Below are positions 28,404 to 37,196 of a DNA stretch of 64,000 nt, in pieces (the first letter of the stretch is position 1; the number at the start of each line of letters is the position of its first letter). The stretch is from Nitrospinaceae bacterium. Lineage in GTDB: Bacteria; Nitrospinota; Nitrospinia; Nitrospinales; VA-1. Location of the stretch: positions 1 through 64,000 of the forward strand of contig JBHHVU010000006.1 in assembly GCA_046754465.1 (NCBI GenBank). Reading direction: 5' to 3'. The notes beneath the pieces are model-generated. The model was not told where the DNA came from. It was given only the letters and a program-made list of their open reading frames with translations, and did not search any database. Made by a program: the position numbers and the translations under genes.

Positions 28404-29924
28404 TCACATGGACTTTTGATTTTGGGAGGTTTGTTTTTCCGGCAAGGTGATGATAAAGGTGGATCCCTCTCCTGGCTTGCTTTTCGCGGTGATCGTTCCG
28501 CCGTGGTTACAGACGATTTTTTTGCATATGGCCATCCCTATCCCCGAACCTTCAAATTCCGTTTTGGAGTGCAGGCGTTGGAACGGTTGGAAGATTTTAT
28601 CCATATTTTTTTCATCGAAACCGATTCCATTGTCCTGGACACGGATTTCCCAGAATCCATTGCCCAGGGGATCGCTGCTCAGGACAATCTTGGGCGGGGT
28701 CCCTTTCTTATGATACTTCAGGGAGTTGGAAATCACGTTTTGAAACAGTTGGTACATTTGGAACGGTTCCGCCTCCAGTATGGGAAGGGCGATCGTTTGC
28801 ACGCCGCCCCGGGTTTCCCGAAGCCGCAATTCCAGGTCCAGGAGAATTTCGTCGATCACCCCCTCAAGGTTCGTGGGTACAAACCGGCCAGGCAGGGCGG
28901 AAACCGTGGATAGCTGCAACATTTGATCGAGTAGGCGCTGCATTCGTAAAGAGGCCAATTGCATGCGGTCGAGGTAATCTTTCCCCTTTTCGCCCATGGA
29001 GGGTCCCAGGGATTCCCGGAGTCGGTCTCCAAAAATTTGTATTTTCCGGAGAGGTTCTTTCAGGTCGTGCGAGGCGATTGCCAGGATGTCCTCCAGCGTC
29101 TTGTGGCTGTATTCCAACCCCTCGGAAAAGGCTTTTTTCGAGGAGTCCTCTTTTTGCTGGCGGTGGGACATATCCTGAAAGATCAGGACGGCTCCCAGAA
29201 CCTCTCCTTGCCGGTCTTTTATGAGCGACCCACAATCCGCGATGGGGATTTTTTTGTTATCCCTGGAAATGAGGAAGGTATTGTCGGGCAAATTTACCTG
29301 GGTCCCCTGCCGCAGCGCCTGGGAAGTGGGACACTCCACGCCGTCACCGGTAAAATGATTAATGATTTTGAAAATTTCCCCAATGGGTTTCCCGATGGCC
29401 TCCTTGAGGCTCCAGCCGGTTATGGATTGGGCGGTGGGGTTTAAAAACGTGACCCGTTCATTCTTGTCGGTAGCGATGATGGCGTCCCCAATACTGTCCA
29501 GGGTGCTGGAGAACCAGTTTTTCCGTTCGCGGAGGATCTCTCCCTGATGGTGGTTGAACAGGGTGGTTTCGATGCAGGTATGGAGATCCCTCTCATCGAA
29601 AGGTTTTACCAGGTACCCGTAGGGTTGGGTATTTTTGGCCCGGTCCAGGGTTTTGTGATCCGTATAGGTGGTTAGATAGACGATGGGGATGTGGAACCGG
29701 GAGCGGATTTGCTCCGCCGCCTCGATGCCATCGATTTCTCCCTTGAGAACAATATCCATGAGCACGAGATCGGGCTTGCTTTTTTCGCAGAATTGGATGG
29801 CCGATTTACCGGAGGAAATTTTTCCAACCACTTCGTATCCGTTGCGTCCGAGGCAATGGGATATATTTTTTGCAACGATGCTTTCATCCTCGACAATCAG
29901 TATTCTTGGTTTTTGGGTCCTCAC
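28404..29924 (-). CDS. Hybrid REC-PAS-histidine kinase
   Basis: ILIVEDE/VLMDI/YLVKPF receiver, PAS (SIGDAIIATD), ASHDLKEPLRKI H-box, GSGIGMAIC. Confidence 0.92.
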   Translation of the reverse strand: MRTQKPRILIVEDESIVAKNISHCLGRNGYEVVGKISSGKSAIQFCEKSKPDLVLMDIVLKGEIDGIEAAEQIRSRFHIPIVYLTTYTDHKTLDRAKNTQPYGYLVKPFDERDLHTCIETTLFNHHQGEILRERKNWFSSTLDSIGDAIIATDKNERVTFLNPTAQSITGWSLKEAIGKPIGEIFKIINHFTGDGVECPTSQALRQGTQVNLPDNTFLISRDNKKIPIADCGSLIKDRQGEVLGAVLIFQDMSHRQQKEDSSKKAFSEGLEYSHKTLEDILAIASHDLKEPLRKIQIFGDRLRESLGPSMGEKGKDYLDRMQLASLRMQRLLDQMLQLSTVSALPGRFVPTNLEGVIDEILLDLELRLRETRGGVQTIALPILEAEPFQMYQLFQNVISNSLKYHKKGTPPKIVLSSDPLGNGFWEIRVQDNGIGFDEKNMDKIFQPFQRLHSKTEFEGSGIGMAICKKIVCNHGGTITAKSKPGEGSTFIITLPEKQTSQNQKSM

Positions 29925-31870
29925 TGTTCCTGTTCCCCTGGAAATATGATTTTAAATTCGGTCCCTTGTTTTCTATTCAGCTGGATGCTTCCTTCCAACT
30001 GGTCCTCGGCCAGGGTGGTGACCAGTTGCAAGCCCAGGGAAGGACAACTGTTCAAATTCAGATCCTTGGGAATCCCCACCCCGTTGTCACGGACGAGCAA
30101 TTCTATCCGGTTGTTTTCCACGGGCCGGATTCCCAAATGAATCAGGCCTTGCTGGTTGCCCAAAAAGGCGTACTTTAACGCATTGGATACCAGTTCGTTG
30201 ATGATCAGGCCACAATATATGCCGGCGTCGAGCCCGAGAATAACACCCTTTGCGTCCACATTCAAAGCGATTTTGCCTCTGTCGGCGCCGTAGCTGTTTA
30301 ATAATTCATTCGCGAGAGACCAAAAATAATCGTGTAGATCGATTCGAGCCAAATCCTGGGATTTGACGATCTTTTCATGTATCAAGGCCATGGATTTAAT
30401 GCGGTTGTGACTTTCCCGGAACAGTTCCGCGTAGCGATGGTCCTTCACCCCCTCTGCCTGGAGTTGCAGGAGACTGGAAATGAGCTGGAGGTTGTTTTTG
30501 GTGCGGTGATTGATTTCCTTGATCAGGATTTCCTTTTCCTGGAGGGACTTTTTTATCTGATCCTCCGCCCGTTCTCTTTCGTGGATTTCTTTTTCCAGTT
30601 TTCTATTAGCCAGGACAAGGGCTTTGGTGCGTTGGATGACTTTTGCTTCAAGGGTCGCGTACGCTGTTTGCAGGTCTTCCCTGGCTTTCAGACGTTGTTT
30701 TTCCAAGCGGCGTTTCTTGGTCCGCAAGGCCAGGGAGATGATGGTGGTCAAGGTCCAAAGGGCGAATAAAAGGAAAAAGCTCCTCCTGAAAAGAAAGAGG
30801 GGCACGAAAGCTTCTTCCAGATCCATTTCCGTGGTGACGCCGAATCCATATTCGGGTAGCCAGGTCCAGCTGCCGACCACCGGAACCCCGCGATAGTCGT
30901 TGTATCCCTCCACATCGGTGCCCGAATGGCCCTGGACCGCCTGCGCCGCCATTCGGGTCAGAGGCTGTTTTTCCCGGGGCAATTTCGGCTGAAATCCCAA
31001 AACCATGTTTCCCCCGGGGTCGCGAATTTGAAGGTTCAGGATGGCACGGCTCCCGGGCCGGTTGGCGATGAGTCCGATTTTTTTGAGATGGCCGTTGAAC
31101 CGGCTATCAGAAATCATGGTGCCGCTGGCATCGAAAGCGTAGGTTTCATCGGTGAGTCCGGTTCGGCTGACTTCCAGGATTTGCGTGAATTCGGTTTCCG
31201 GACGCAGCCGGAAGGCCAAAACGGCAACGATTTTCCCCGCATCACCGCGGACGGGCGCGGAAACAAACATGGTCGGCCAATCCTTCTTCCATTCGCCCTC
31301 GCTCGTGGGTAAAGGAATTTTCCCCGGGAAAGGATGGGACACCACGGTTTTTCCCGAAAGGGATTGTTCTACAAAGGAAAATTGTTTCAAGGAAATTCCC
31401 CGTCCCACGGGGCCGTTCAACAGGGAGCCAATTTGTAATCCGGTTCGGTCAAAAACGACAAAACCGATGTAATGGTTTCTCCTGCACACCGGACCCAAAA
31501 TATCCCGGAGGCGTTTGAGTTCCTGGGTGGCCAGCAGGCGTTTCCGAGTCCAGTCCTTTCCTGAAACCTGGCGGGCGAGGGAAAGGACATTTTGCCGCAC
31601 CATCGGTTCGATGGCCCAGGAATCGGCGGTGGACCTGTTTTCCTCAATCCATATTTTCAGCGCCTTCACATTGGCGTTCAAGGTGGACTGAAGTTGCTCG
31701 GCCATTTGTAATTTCATGGCCTTCTCCACGGTGGAATGGCCAAACCAGCCAATGACGGCAAGAAAAAACAAGGTGGCCAGAGGGGTGCACACTTGCCCGA
31801 CCCCATCTTTCCATCCACCGGCCCGGATGGGGGCTTGCGGAAAGCTTTGGGGTTGCGCCGTTTTATTCAT
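29921..31870 (-). CDS. Membrane sensor kinase with Cache-like periplasmic region and HisKA_2 kinase
   Basis: Two TM segments, YNDYRGVPVVGSW, EINHRTKNNLQ, NELVSNALKYAF, SLGLQLV. Its stop overlaps the start of the REC-PAS-HK gene. Confidence 0.9.
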   Translation of the reverse strand: MNKTAQPQSFPQAPIRAGGWKDGVGQVCTPLATLFFLAVIGWFGHSTVEKAMKLQMAEQLQSTLNANVKALKIWIEENRSTADSWAIEPMVRQNVLSLARQVSGKDWTRKRLLATQELKRLRDILGPVCRRNHYIGFVVFDRTGLQIGSLLNGPVGRGISLKQFSFVEQSLSGKTVVSHPFPGKIPLPTSEGEWKKDWPTMFVSAPVRGDAGKIVAVLAFRLRPETEFTQILEVSRTGLTDETYAFDASGTMISDSRFNGHLKKIGLIANRPGSRAILNLQIRDPGGNMVLGFQPKLPREKQPLTRMAAQAVQGHSGTDVEGYNDYRGVPVVGSWTWLPEYGFGVTTEMDLEEAFVPLFLFRRSFFLLFALWTLTTIISLALRTKKRRLEKQRLKAREDLQTAYATLEAKVIQRTKALVLANRKLEKEIHERERAEDQIKKSLQEKEILIKEINHRTKNNLQLISSLLQLQAEGVKDHRYAELFRESHNRIKSMALIHEKIVKSQDLARIDLHDYFWSLANELLNSYGADRGKIALNVDAKGVILGLDAGIYCGLIINELVSNALKYAFLGNQQGLIHLGIRPVENNRIELLVRDNGVGIPKDLNLNSCPSLGLQLVTTLAEDQLEGSIQLNRKQGTEFKIIFPGEQEQ

Positions 31871-32090
31871 GCTTTATTCACCTGCTCCGGCCTCGGAGGC
31901 TTGGGGGTAGACCTCTCCACCTATCCTGGATTTCCAGCGATGGCGGGCAGGATTATATCATTTCTCGCTCCTTTGGATGGTGGAAAATTATCGGTTCTTG
32001 AATCGTAAAATTTGTATTATATTGTGTACTCTTGACTCTTGGGAACAGGCGTTTATCCACCTTCCTCGGAAGAGAGTGATTTTTCGTCCC

Positions 32091-32975
32091 ATGCCATTCG
32101 AAAGTGAAAAAATGTATAAGCTGGCCGCCGGGGAAAGGTTTTTCGATTTGAACGATCTCTGGTATTTTTTGAACCGGTGGGCCGTTCGGGTTTTATATCC
32201 CCTGCCCGTCAGCGCCAACCAGATCACCTTTCTTTCCCTGGTATTTGGAATGGCCGCCGCTGGGTTTTATTTATCCGGGTCCAGTCATGCCTTGATTTAC
32301 GCCGCGGGGTTTCTTTATGGAAAAATTTTCCTGGACAACGTAGATGGGAACCTGGCCCGAATCCGGGGCGAGGTTTCACGGGCTGGAAGGTTTTTCGATT
32401 CGCTGACCGATTTCGTGGTCACCCTGTTGGTTTATTCGGCCATCACCTGGCGCCTGGCCGGGGAAACGGGGGAGGCCTCTTTATGGATTCTGGGTTTTTT
32501 CGCGGTGCTCAGCACCTTCCTCCATTGTTCCTATTTCGTCTTTTACCTGGTCAGCTACACTTCCATGGTGGGTTCTTATACGAAAAACCGGGTGCGGGAG
32601 GATATCACTCCCGAAGACAGGAACGCTTATTCCCAGGGAGAACTCCCGGGTTTGAGTTATTTCCTGCAACGTGCCCATGGCCTGGTTTACGGTTGGCAGG
32701 ATCGTTTGATGGGGTTTCTTGACCGGGTCAGCCGCGGGGCAACGGGGTGGGTGGACTCGCCTGGAAACCGCAGGAGATGGTACACCGACAAACGGTTTTT
32801 GACCCTGGCCAGCCCCTTGTGCCTCTGCACCAACAACATGATCCTGGTGGTGTGTTCCCTTTCCGGCCGGTTGGAATGGGGCTTCATGATCATCGTTTTT
32901 GCCGGAAACGCCTATCTGGCGGGGATTCAGCTTTGGAAAATTTTCCGCGCGCGGTGGGGGGGTCAACCGGGATGA
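32091..32975 (+). CDS. CDP-alcohol phosphatidyltransferase family protein
   Basis: ANQIT and the signature LDNVDGNLARIRGEVSRAGRFFDSLTD. Start uncertain. Confidence 0.88.
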   Translation: MPFESEKMYKLAAGERFFDLNDLWYFLNRWAVRVLYPLPVSANQITFLSLVFGMAAAGFYLSGSSHALIYAAGFLYGKIFLDNVDGNLARIRGEVSRAGRFFDSLTDFVVTLLVYSAITWRLAGETGEASLWILGFFAVLSTFLHCSYFVFYLVSYTSMVGSYTKNRVREDITPEDRNAYSQGELPGLSYFLQRAHGLVYGWQDRLMGFLDRVSRGATGWVDSPGNRRRWYTDKRFLTLASPLCLCTNNMILVVCSLSGRLEWGFMIIVFAGNAYLAGIQLWKIFRARWGGQPG

Positions 32976-32996
32976 TTTCCTTCCCATCCATCGCTT

Positions 32997-33689
32997 TCAG
33001 TTCATCCGGACATCCGTTCCCAATCCTTTTTGAATTTTGGAAAGGTGGATCAAGTCGATGTTCATTTTGATCACGGAAAGGAGGGTCTCCGCCCTGCGGA
33101 GGACATCCTGTTCTTCGAGAAAGGATTGCCTCTGTTCCACGCTGAGGTTGCTCCGGTAGGCGATCTGGTCCACCAGGTGGCTCAAATTCCTGCAGGAGTC
33201 CCATCCCGTCTCTTCCCTGTTTTTTTTCCCGGGGGGCAGCAGGCGGGTTAATTGGTGGTAATGATCGATCAAATCCCTTTTGAGCGGGTGGGTTCCACCC
33301 TGAATGTCCTGGTCGTTGATTTCCCGCAGGAATTCGATATCCGCCCGCCGGTAGGGTTTTCCGCCCTCTTCCCGGACAACGCGGAACCGGCCGGCGCCTC
33401 TGAGGACGATATCGAATTTGCCGTCATCGAATTGAAAGTATTGGTCGATTTTTCCTACACAACCAACGGATACAATAGGAGGAGCGCCATAATAATCGGC
33501 CTCCCAGCCCGGCTTCAGGAGAACCATGCCAATGCGGCGGTCACCTTCCAGGGCATCGGTAACCATTTTCCGGTACCGGGGTTCGAAGATATGAAGCGGC
33601 AGGTGGGTGTTCGGATAAAATACGGTTCCCGGCAAGGGAAACAGGGCCACCTGCCCCCCCAGTTTGGCAGAGTCATTTTCGGTGTTCAT
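32997..33689 (-). CDS. Stand-alone LON peptidase N-terminal substrate-binding domain protein
   Basis: ALFPLPGTVFYPNTHLPLHIFEPRYRKMV, VGCVGKI, QRQSFLEE. No AAA or protease domain. Confidence 0.9.
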   Translation of the reverse strand: MNTENDSAKLGGQVALFPLPGTVFYPNTHLPLHIFEPRYRKMVTDALEGDRRIGMVLLKPGWEADYYGAPPIVSVGCVGKIDQYFQFDDGKFDIVLRGAGRFRVVREEGGKPYRRADIEFLREINDQDIQGGTHPLKRDLIDHYHQLTRLLPPGKKNREETGWDSCRNLSHLVDQIAYRSNLSVEQRQSFLEEQDVLRRAETLLSVIKMNIDLIHLSKIQKGLGTDVRMN

Positions 33690-33903
33690 GGGATGATTTT
33701 GTTAGAATACGGTTGCCTTTTTTGCAATCACTTTAGCCCGATATCAATTATTTTCCCAAAAAACTTTTGATATTTCCCCAAAAATTTCCATCCACCCCGG
33801 TTTAAAATCCTTGCCGTGAAAAATGCATCTTAATTTTCAAGGGGTTCAGGATTTGGCCGGTGTGGATTGAATTTTAAAAATTTATTTTTTTATTTTCGGC
33901 GCA

Positions 33904-35355
33904 ATGATAACGAAACCCGAAGAAATATATTCCAAAATCACCTCTTCTCTCATCCGTTCGGGCGTGTTTTCCCTGGACGGGAACAGCGATGACGAAACAA
34001 ATACCTGGCGCATCTCCCCGGAACCGTATTTTCTTTCCCCCGAGGATGTCGAATTCTTTTCTCGCCTCGGAAACCATCTGCTGAAATTTTACACCGTTCT
34101 CAACCAGTTTTATTATGACAGCCTCAAGGGAAAACTGCCCCCATGGTTTTCCGAATATCTGGATGCCGGCAAACCCCCCCATTTGGTCGATTATGGAAGA
34201 ATGAACCGGTTCCGCCGAGACCTGCCGGGAATCATCCGACCCGATGTGATTGTAACGGAAAATGGATTTTCAGTGACGGAACTCGATTCGGTCCCGGGGG
34301 GATTTGGCACCACCGCCCGGTTGATGTCCATTTACCGGCGGGAAGGGACCGAAATGGTCGGTGTCGGGGAAGGCGGTATCCCGGAACTATTCTACAAGAT
34401 GGCCGAATCGACGGCGGGCCTTGAGGGGTGTGTGCTGGGTATCGTGATTTCCGATGAGGCCAAGGATTATAAACAGGAGATGCGGTTTCTTGCCAGTTTA
34501 TTGAGGAAGAAGGGGTTTCCTGTTTACGCGGTGCATCCGCGCGAGGTCCGTTTCAAGGAAGAGGGACTTTTCATTGAGGAGGGAAACAGGGAAATCCAAC
34601 TCGATGTGATTTACCGTTTTTTCGAGTTGTTTGATCTGAAGAATATTCCAAAATCCGATCTTTTCATGTACAGCAACAAAAAAGGCCGGGTAAAAACCAC
34701 CCCCCCATATAAAACCCATCTGGAAGAGAAATTGAGTTTCGCTTTGTTTCACCATCCCGCCCTGGCGCCATTTTGGGAAAAAGCGCTGGGAGTTGAAACT
34801 TTTATCACCCTATCTCATCTAATTCCCAAAACATGGGTCCTGGATCACCGCGAATTACCTCCTCATGGAATCATTCCCGGACTGACTCTAAAAGGGACTC
34901 CTGTCCGGGATTGGAGGGAATTGTTTCCTCTGACCCAGAAAGAGCGGCAACTGGTAGTGAAACCCTCCGGGTTTTCTCCCGATTCCTGGGGCAGCCGGGG
35001 CGTGGTGATCGGCCACGATGTTTCCAGCGCGGAATGGAGGCGGACCCTGGAGGAAAGTCTGGCGAAGTTTCCGGAACAACCGTCCGTTTTGCAGGTGTTT
35101 CATAAGGGAAAAGTGATCCGAGCTTCCTACGTTCATCCGCAAGCAGAATCGGCGATCGAAATGAAAGCCCGAGTTCGCCTGACCCCGTATTATTTTGTCG
35201 TGAAAGGATCCGCCCGTCTGGGAGGGATTCTTGCCACGCTGTGTCCCCAGGATAAAAAGAAAATCCATGGAATGGAGGATGCGATCCTGATTCCATGCGC
35301 CTTTAAAAAAGGGACCGGGATTTACTCAAACCCGGTTTCAGCGGGAGAAAAATGA
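33904..35355 (+). CDS. Circularly permuted ATP-grasp amidoligase (glutathionylspermidine synthase / eukaryotic GSH synthetase type)
   Basis: IIRPD...TELDSVPGG, LDVIYRFF, LEEKLSFALF, LIPKTW, LVVKPSG..SWGSRGVVIG, VLQVF occur in the order expected for CP-ATP-grasp ligases. Confidence 0.72.
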   Translation: MITKPEEIYSKITSSLIRSGVFSLDGNSDDETNTWRISPEPYFLSPEDVEFFSRLGNHLLKFYTVLNQFYYDSLKGKLPPWFSEYLDAGKPPHLVDYGRMNRFRRDLPGIIRPDVIVTENGFSVTELDSVPGGFGTTARLMSIYRREGTEMVGVGEGGIPELFYKMAESTAGLEGCVLGIVISDEAKDYKQEMRFLASLLRKKGFPVYAVHPREVRFKEEGLFIEEGNREIQLDVIYRFFELFDLKNIPKSDLFMYSNKKGRVKTTPPYKTHLEEKLSFALFHHPALAPFWEKALGVETFITLSHLIPKTWVLDHRELPPHGIIPGLTLKGTPVRDWRELFPLTQKERQLVVKPSGFSPDSWGSRGVVIGHDVSSAEWRRTLEESLAKFPEQPSVLQVFHKGKVIRASYVHPQAESAIEMKARVRLTPYYFVVKGSARLGGILATLCPQDKKKIHGMEDAILIPCAFKKGTGIYSNPVSAGEK

Positions 35356-35591
35356 TTCGCCTCTATAACATAGACGGATGCGGTTACTGTGCGATGGTCC
35401 GCCGCGTTCTGGAAGAATTACAGTTGGCCTACGAGAAAATTGATGTCCCCTGGCCTTTCTCCCAGCGGCAGGAGGTGTACCAGGTATCTGGTCAGTATAC
35501 TGTTCCGGTCCTCATTGATGGGGAAACGGTGCTGGACGACGAAAATGAAATCATTAATTACCTGAAGCATACTTATCATGGCAATTCATAA
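35352..35591 (+). CDS. Glutaredoxin / GST N-terminal-like protein
   Basis: CGYC active site and SGQYTVPVLIDG (cis-Pro TVP). ATGA overlap with the ligase gene. Confidence 0.88.
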   Translation: MIRLYNIDGCGYCAMVRRVLEELQLAYEKIDVPWPFSQRQEVYQVSGQYTVPVLIDGETVLDDENEIINYLKHTYHGNS

Positions 35592-35609
35592 ATCAACCAA
35601 AGGGTCGAT

Positions 35610-36773
35610 ATGGAACAGTGGCAAAGATTATTAAGCCAAAGCGTGGTTAGAGTGGAAGATTTGCCCTTCATCGCGGATAAGCCGGAGAAGTACCTGGAAA
35701 AATTAAAACAGGTGGCCGAAATTTTTCCGATTCGGATCAATTCCTATTTTCTGGAGCAGATCAAGACGGAAAATGACCCTTTGTGGAAACAGGTGGTGCC
35801 CACGCTTGAGGAAATGGACGATTTCATCGGCGATGAATCGTTGCTGTTGACGGATCCCTTGAACGAGGAAGGTGACATGCCCGTACCCGAACTGGTTCAC
35901 CGGTATCCGGACCGGGTGCTTCTCATGGTGAACAATCATTGCCCCATCATCTGCCGGTTTTGTACACGCAAACGCAAAATCGGAATTCCTGGTGTGGTCA
36001 CCCGCGAGACCCTGCGCCGCGGAATCGAGTACATTCGCAACCATCCGGAAATTCGGGATGTCATCCTTTCCGGGGGAGACCCGCTTTTGGTCCCCGATAA
36101 AGAACTGGACCGCATTCTTGGGGAATTGCGGGCCATCCCGCACCTGGAAATCATCCGCATCGGAACCCGGGTGCCGGGAACCCTGCCCCAGCGCGTGACC
36201 GAGGAGCTTTGTTCGATTCTGAAAAAACATCATCCCCTGTATTTCAATATGCACTTCAACCATCCCGCGGAGATCACCCCCGAAGTGGAAAAAGCCTGCA
36301 ACCGGCTGGCCGATTCCGGCATTCCTCTGGGAAGCCAGACCGTTCTTCTCGAAGGGGTGAATGACGATTCCCGTATCATGCGGGAGTTGATGCACAAGTT
36401 GCTGAAAATCCGTATCAAACCCTATTACATTTATCAGGCCGACCTGACCCTGGGAACGAATCACTTCCGCACCAAGGTGCAAAAGGGTCTGGACATCTTG
36501 AAGGACCTGCAAGGCCATACGTCGGGAATGGGCGTCCCCTATTTCGTGATCGATACCCCCGGAGGGGGCGGCAAGGTCCGGTTGCTGCCCGATACCATCA
36601 TTGAACACAACCAGAATGAAGTGATCCTTAAAAATTACGAAGGGAAGACCTATCGATACCCACAGGCCGATTCCAATGCCGTGAAACACCCCGCGTCCCA
36701 CGCCCCACGGAAACCGGAATCCGCTTCTTCCGGAAATATCTGCACGTTGCCCGACGCGGCGAATATTTGCTGA
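35610..36773 (+). CDS. kamA: KamA-family radical SAM/PLP enzyme, probable L-lysine 2,3-aminomutase
   Basis: HRYPDRVL, CPIICRFCTRKR, LSGGDPL, HFNHPAE, YIYQADL, FVIDTPGGGGK (PLP Lys). Confidence 0.88.
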   Translation: MEQWQRLLSQSVVRVEDLPFIADKPEKYLEKLKQVAEIFPIRINSYFLEQIKTENDPLWKQVVPTLEEMDDFIGDESLLLTDPLNEEGDMPVPELVHRYPDRVLLMVNNHCPIICRFCTRKRKIGIPGVVTRETLRRGIEYIRNHPEIRDVILSGGDPLLVPDKELDRILGELRAIPHLEIIRIGTRVPGTLPQRVTEELCSILKKHHPLYFNMHFNHPAEITPEVEKACNRLADSGIPLGSQTVLLEGVNDDSRIMRELMHKLLKIRIKPYYIYQADLTLGTNHFRTKVQKGLDILKDLQGHTSGMGVPYFVIDTPGGGGKVRLLPDTIIEHNQNEVILKNYEGKTYRYPQADSNAVKHPASHAPRKPESASSGNICTLPDAANIC

Positions 36774-37196
36774 TCCTGCCTTGAAAGCCTGAAATGGCCC
36801 GGTTTGAATACTGAACCCCAAGGTTCCCTATGGCCCCTCCCTATAGACCCCCTTGTCCCCCATGTAGGAGGTTTTAATTCCGGCCCCTATCCCCACCGGG
36901 AGAACTCCTTTTTCCCGTTCATTTTGTTTCATTTTCCCGACTTTTCACCCAAAATAAGGAAAAAAAATATCCTTTGCCTTTCCTGAGAGAGGAAACCGAG
37001 GGTTCCAGAAAATTTTCCGGTGAAATTTTGCGCCAGTGGGCGGGACCATTCAAGAGGTTTTGAGACTGCCTCAATCAACCCGAAAAAATGGCCAAATTTC
37101 TGTAAAATCAAGAATTCATTAGACTTATGCCCGGTTTCAGGTTATATTAATTTGAGGTAAGTTTGCACAAATTACTACACAATCTGGTCCATTTTA

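Noticed and set aside
35610..36773. KamA-family gene as EpmB (EF-P modification) or glutamate 2,3-aminomutase
   Set aside because: The motifs are KamA-like (HRYPDR, CRFCTRKR) rather than EpmB-like, no efp or epmA is nearby, and both substrate-site Asp residues fit lysine.
36774..37196. Long intergenic region before the secretin, checked for a riboswitch, ncRNA or sigma-54 site
   Set aside because: I found no recognisable consensus, only a weak AAAATTT-N7-AAATTTT symmetry. An Rfam/Infernal search would be needed.
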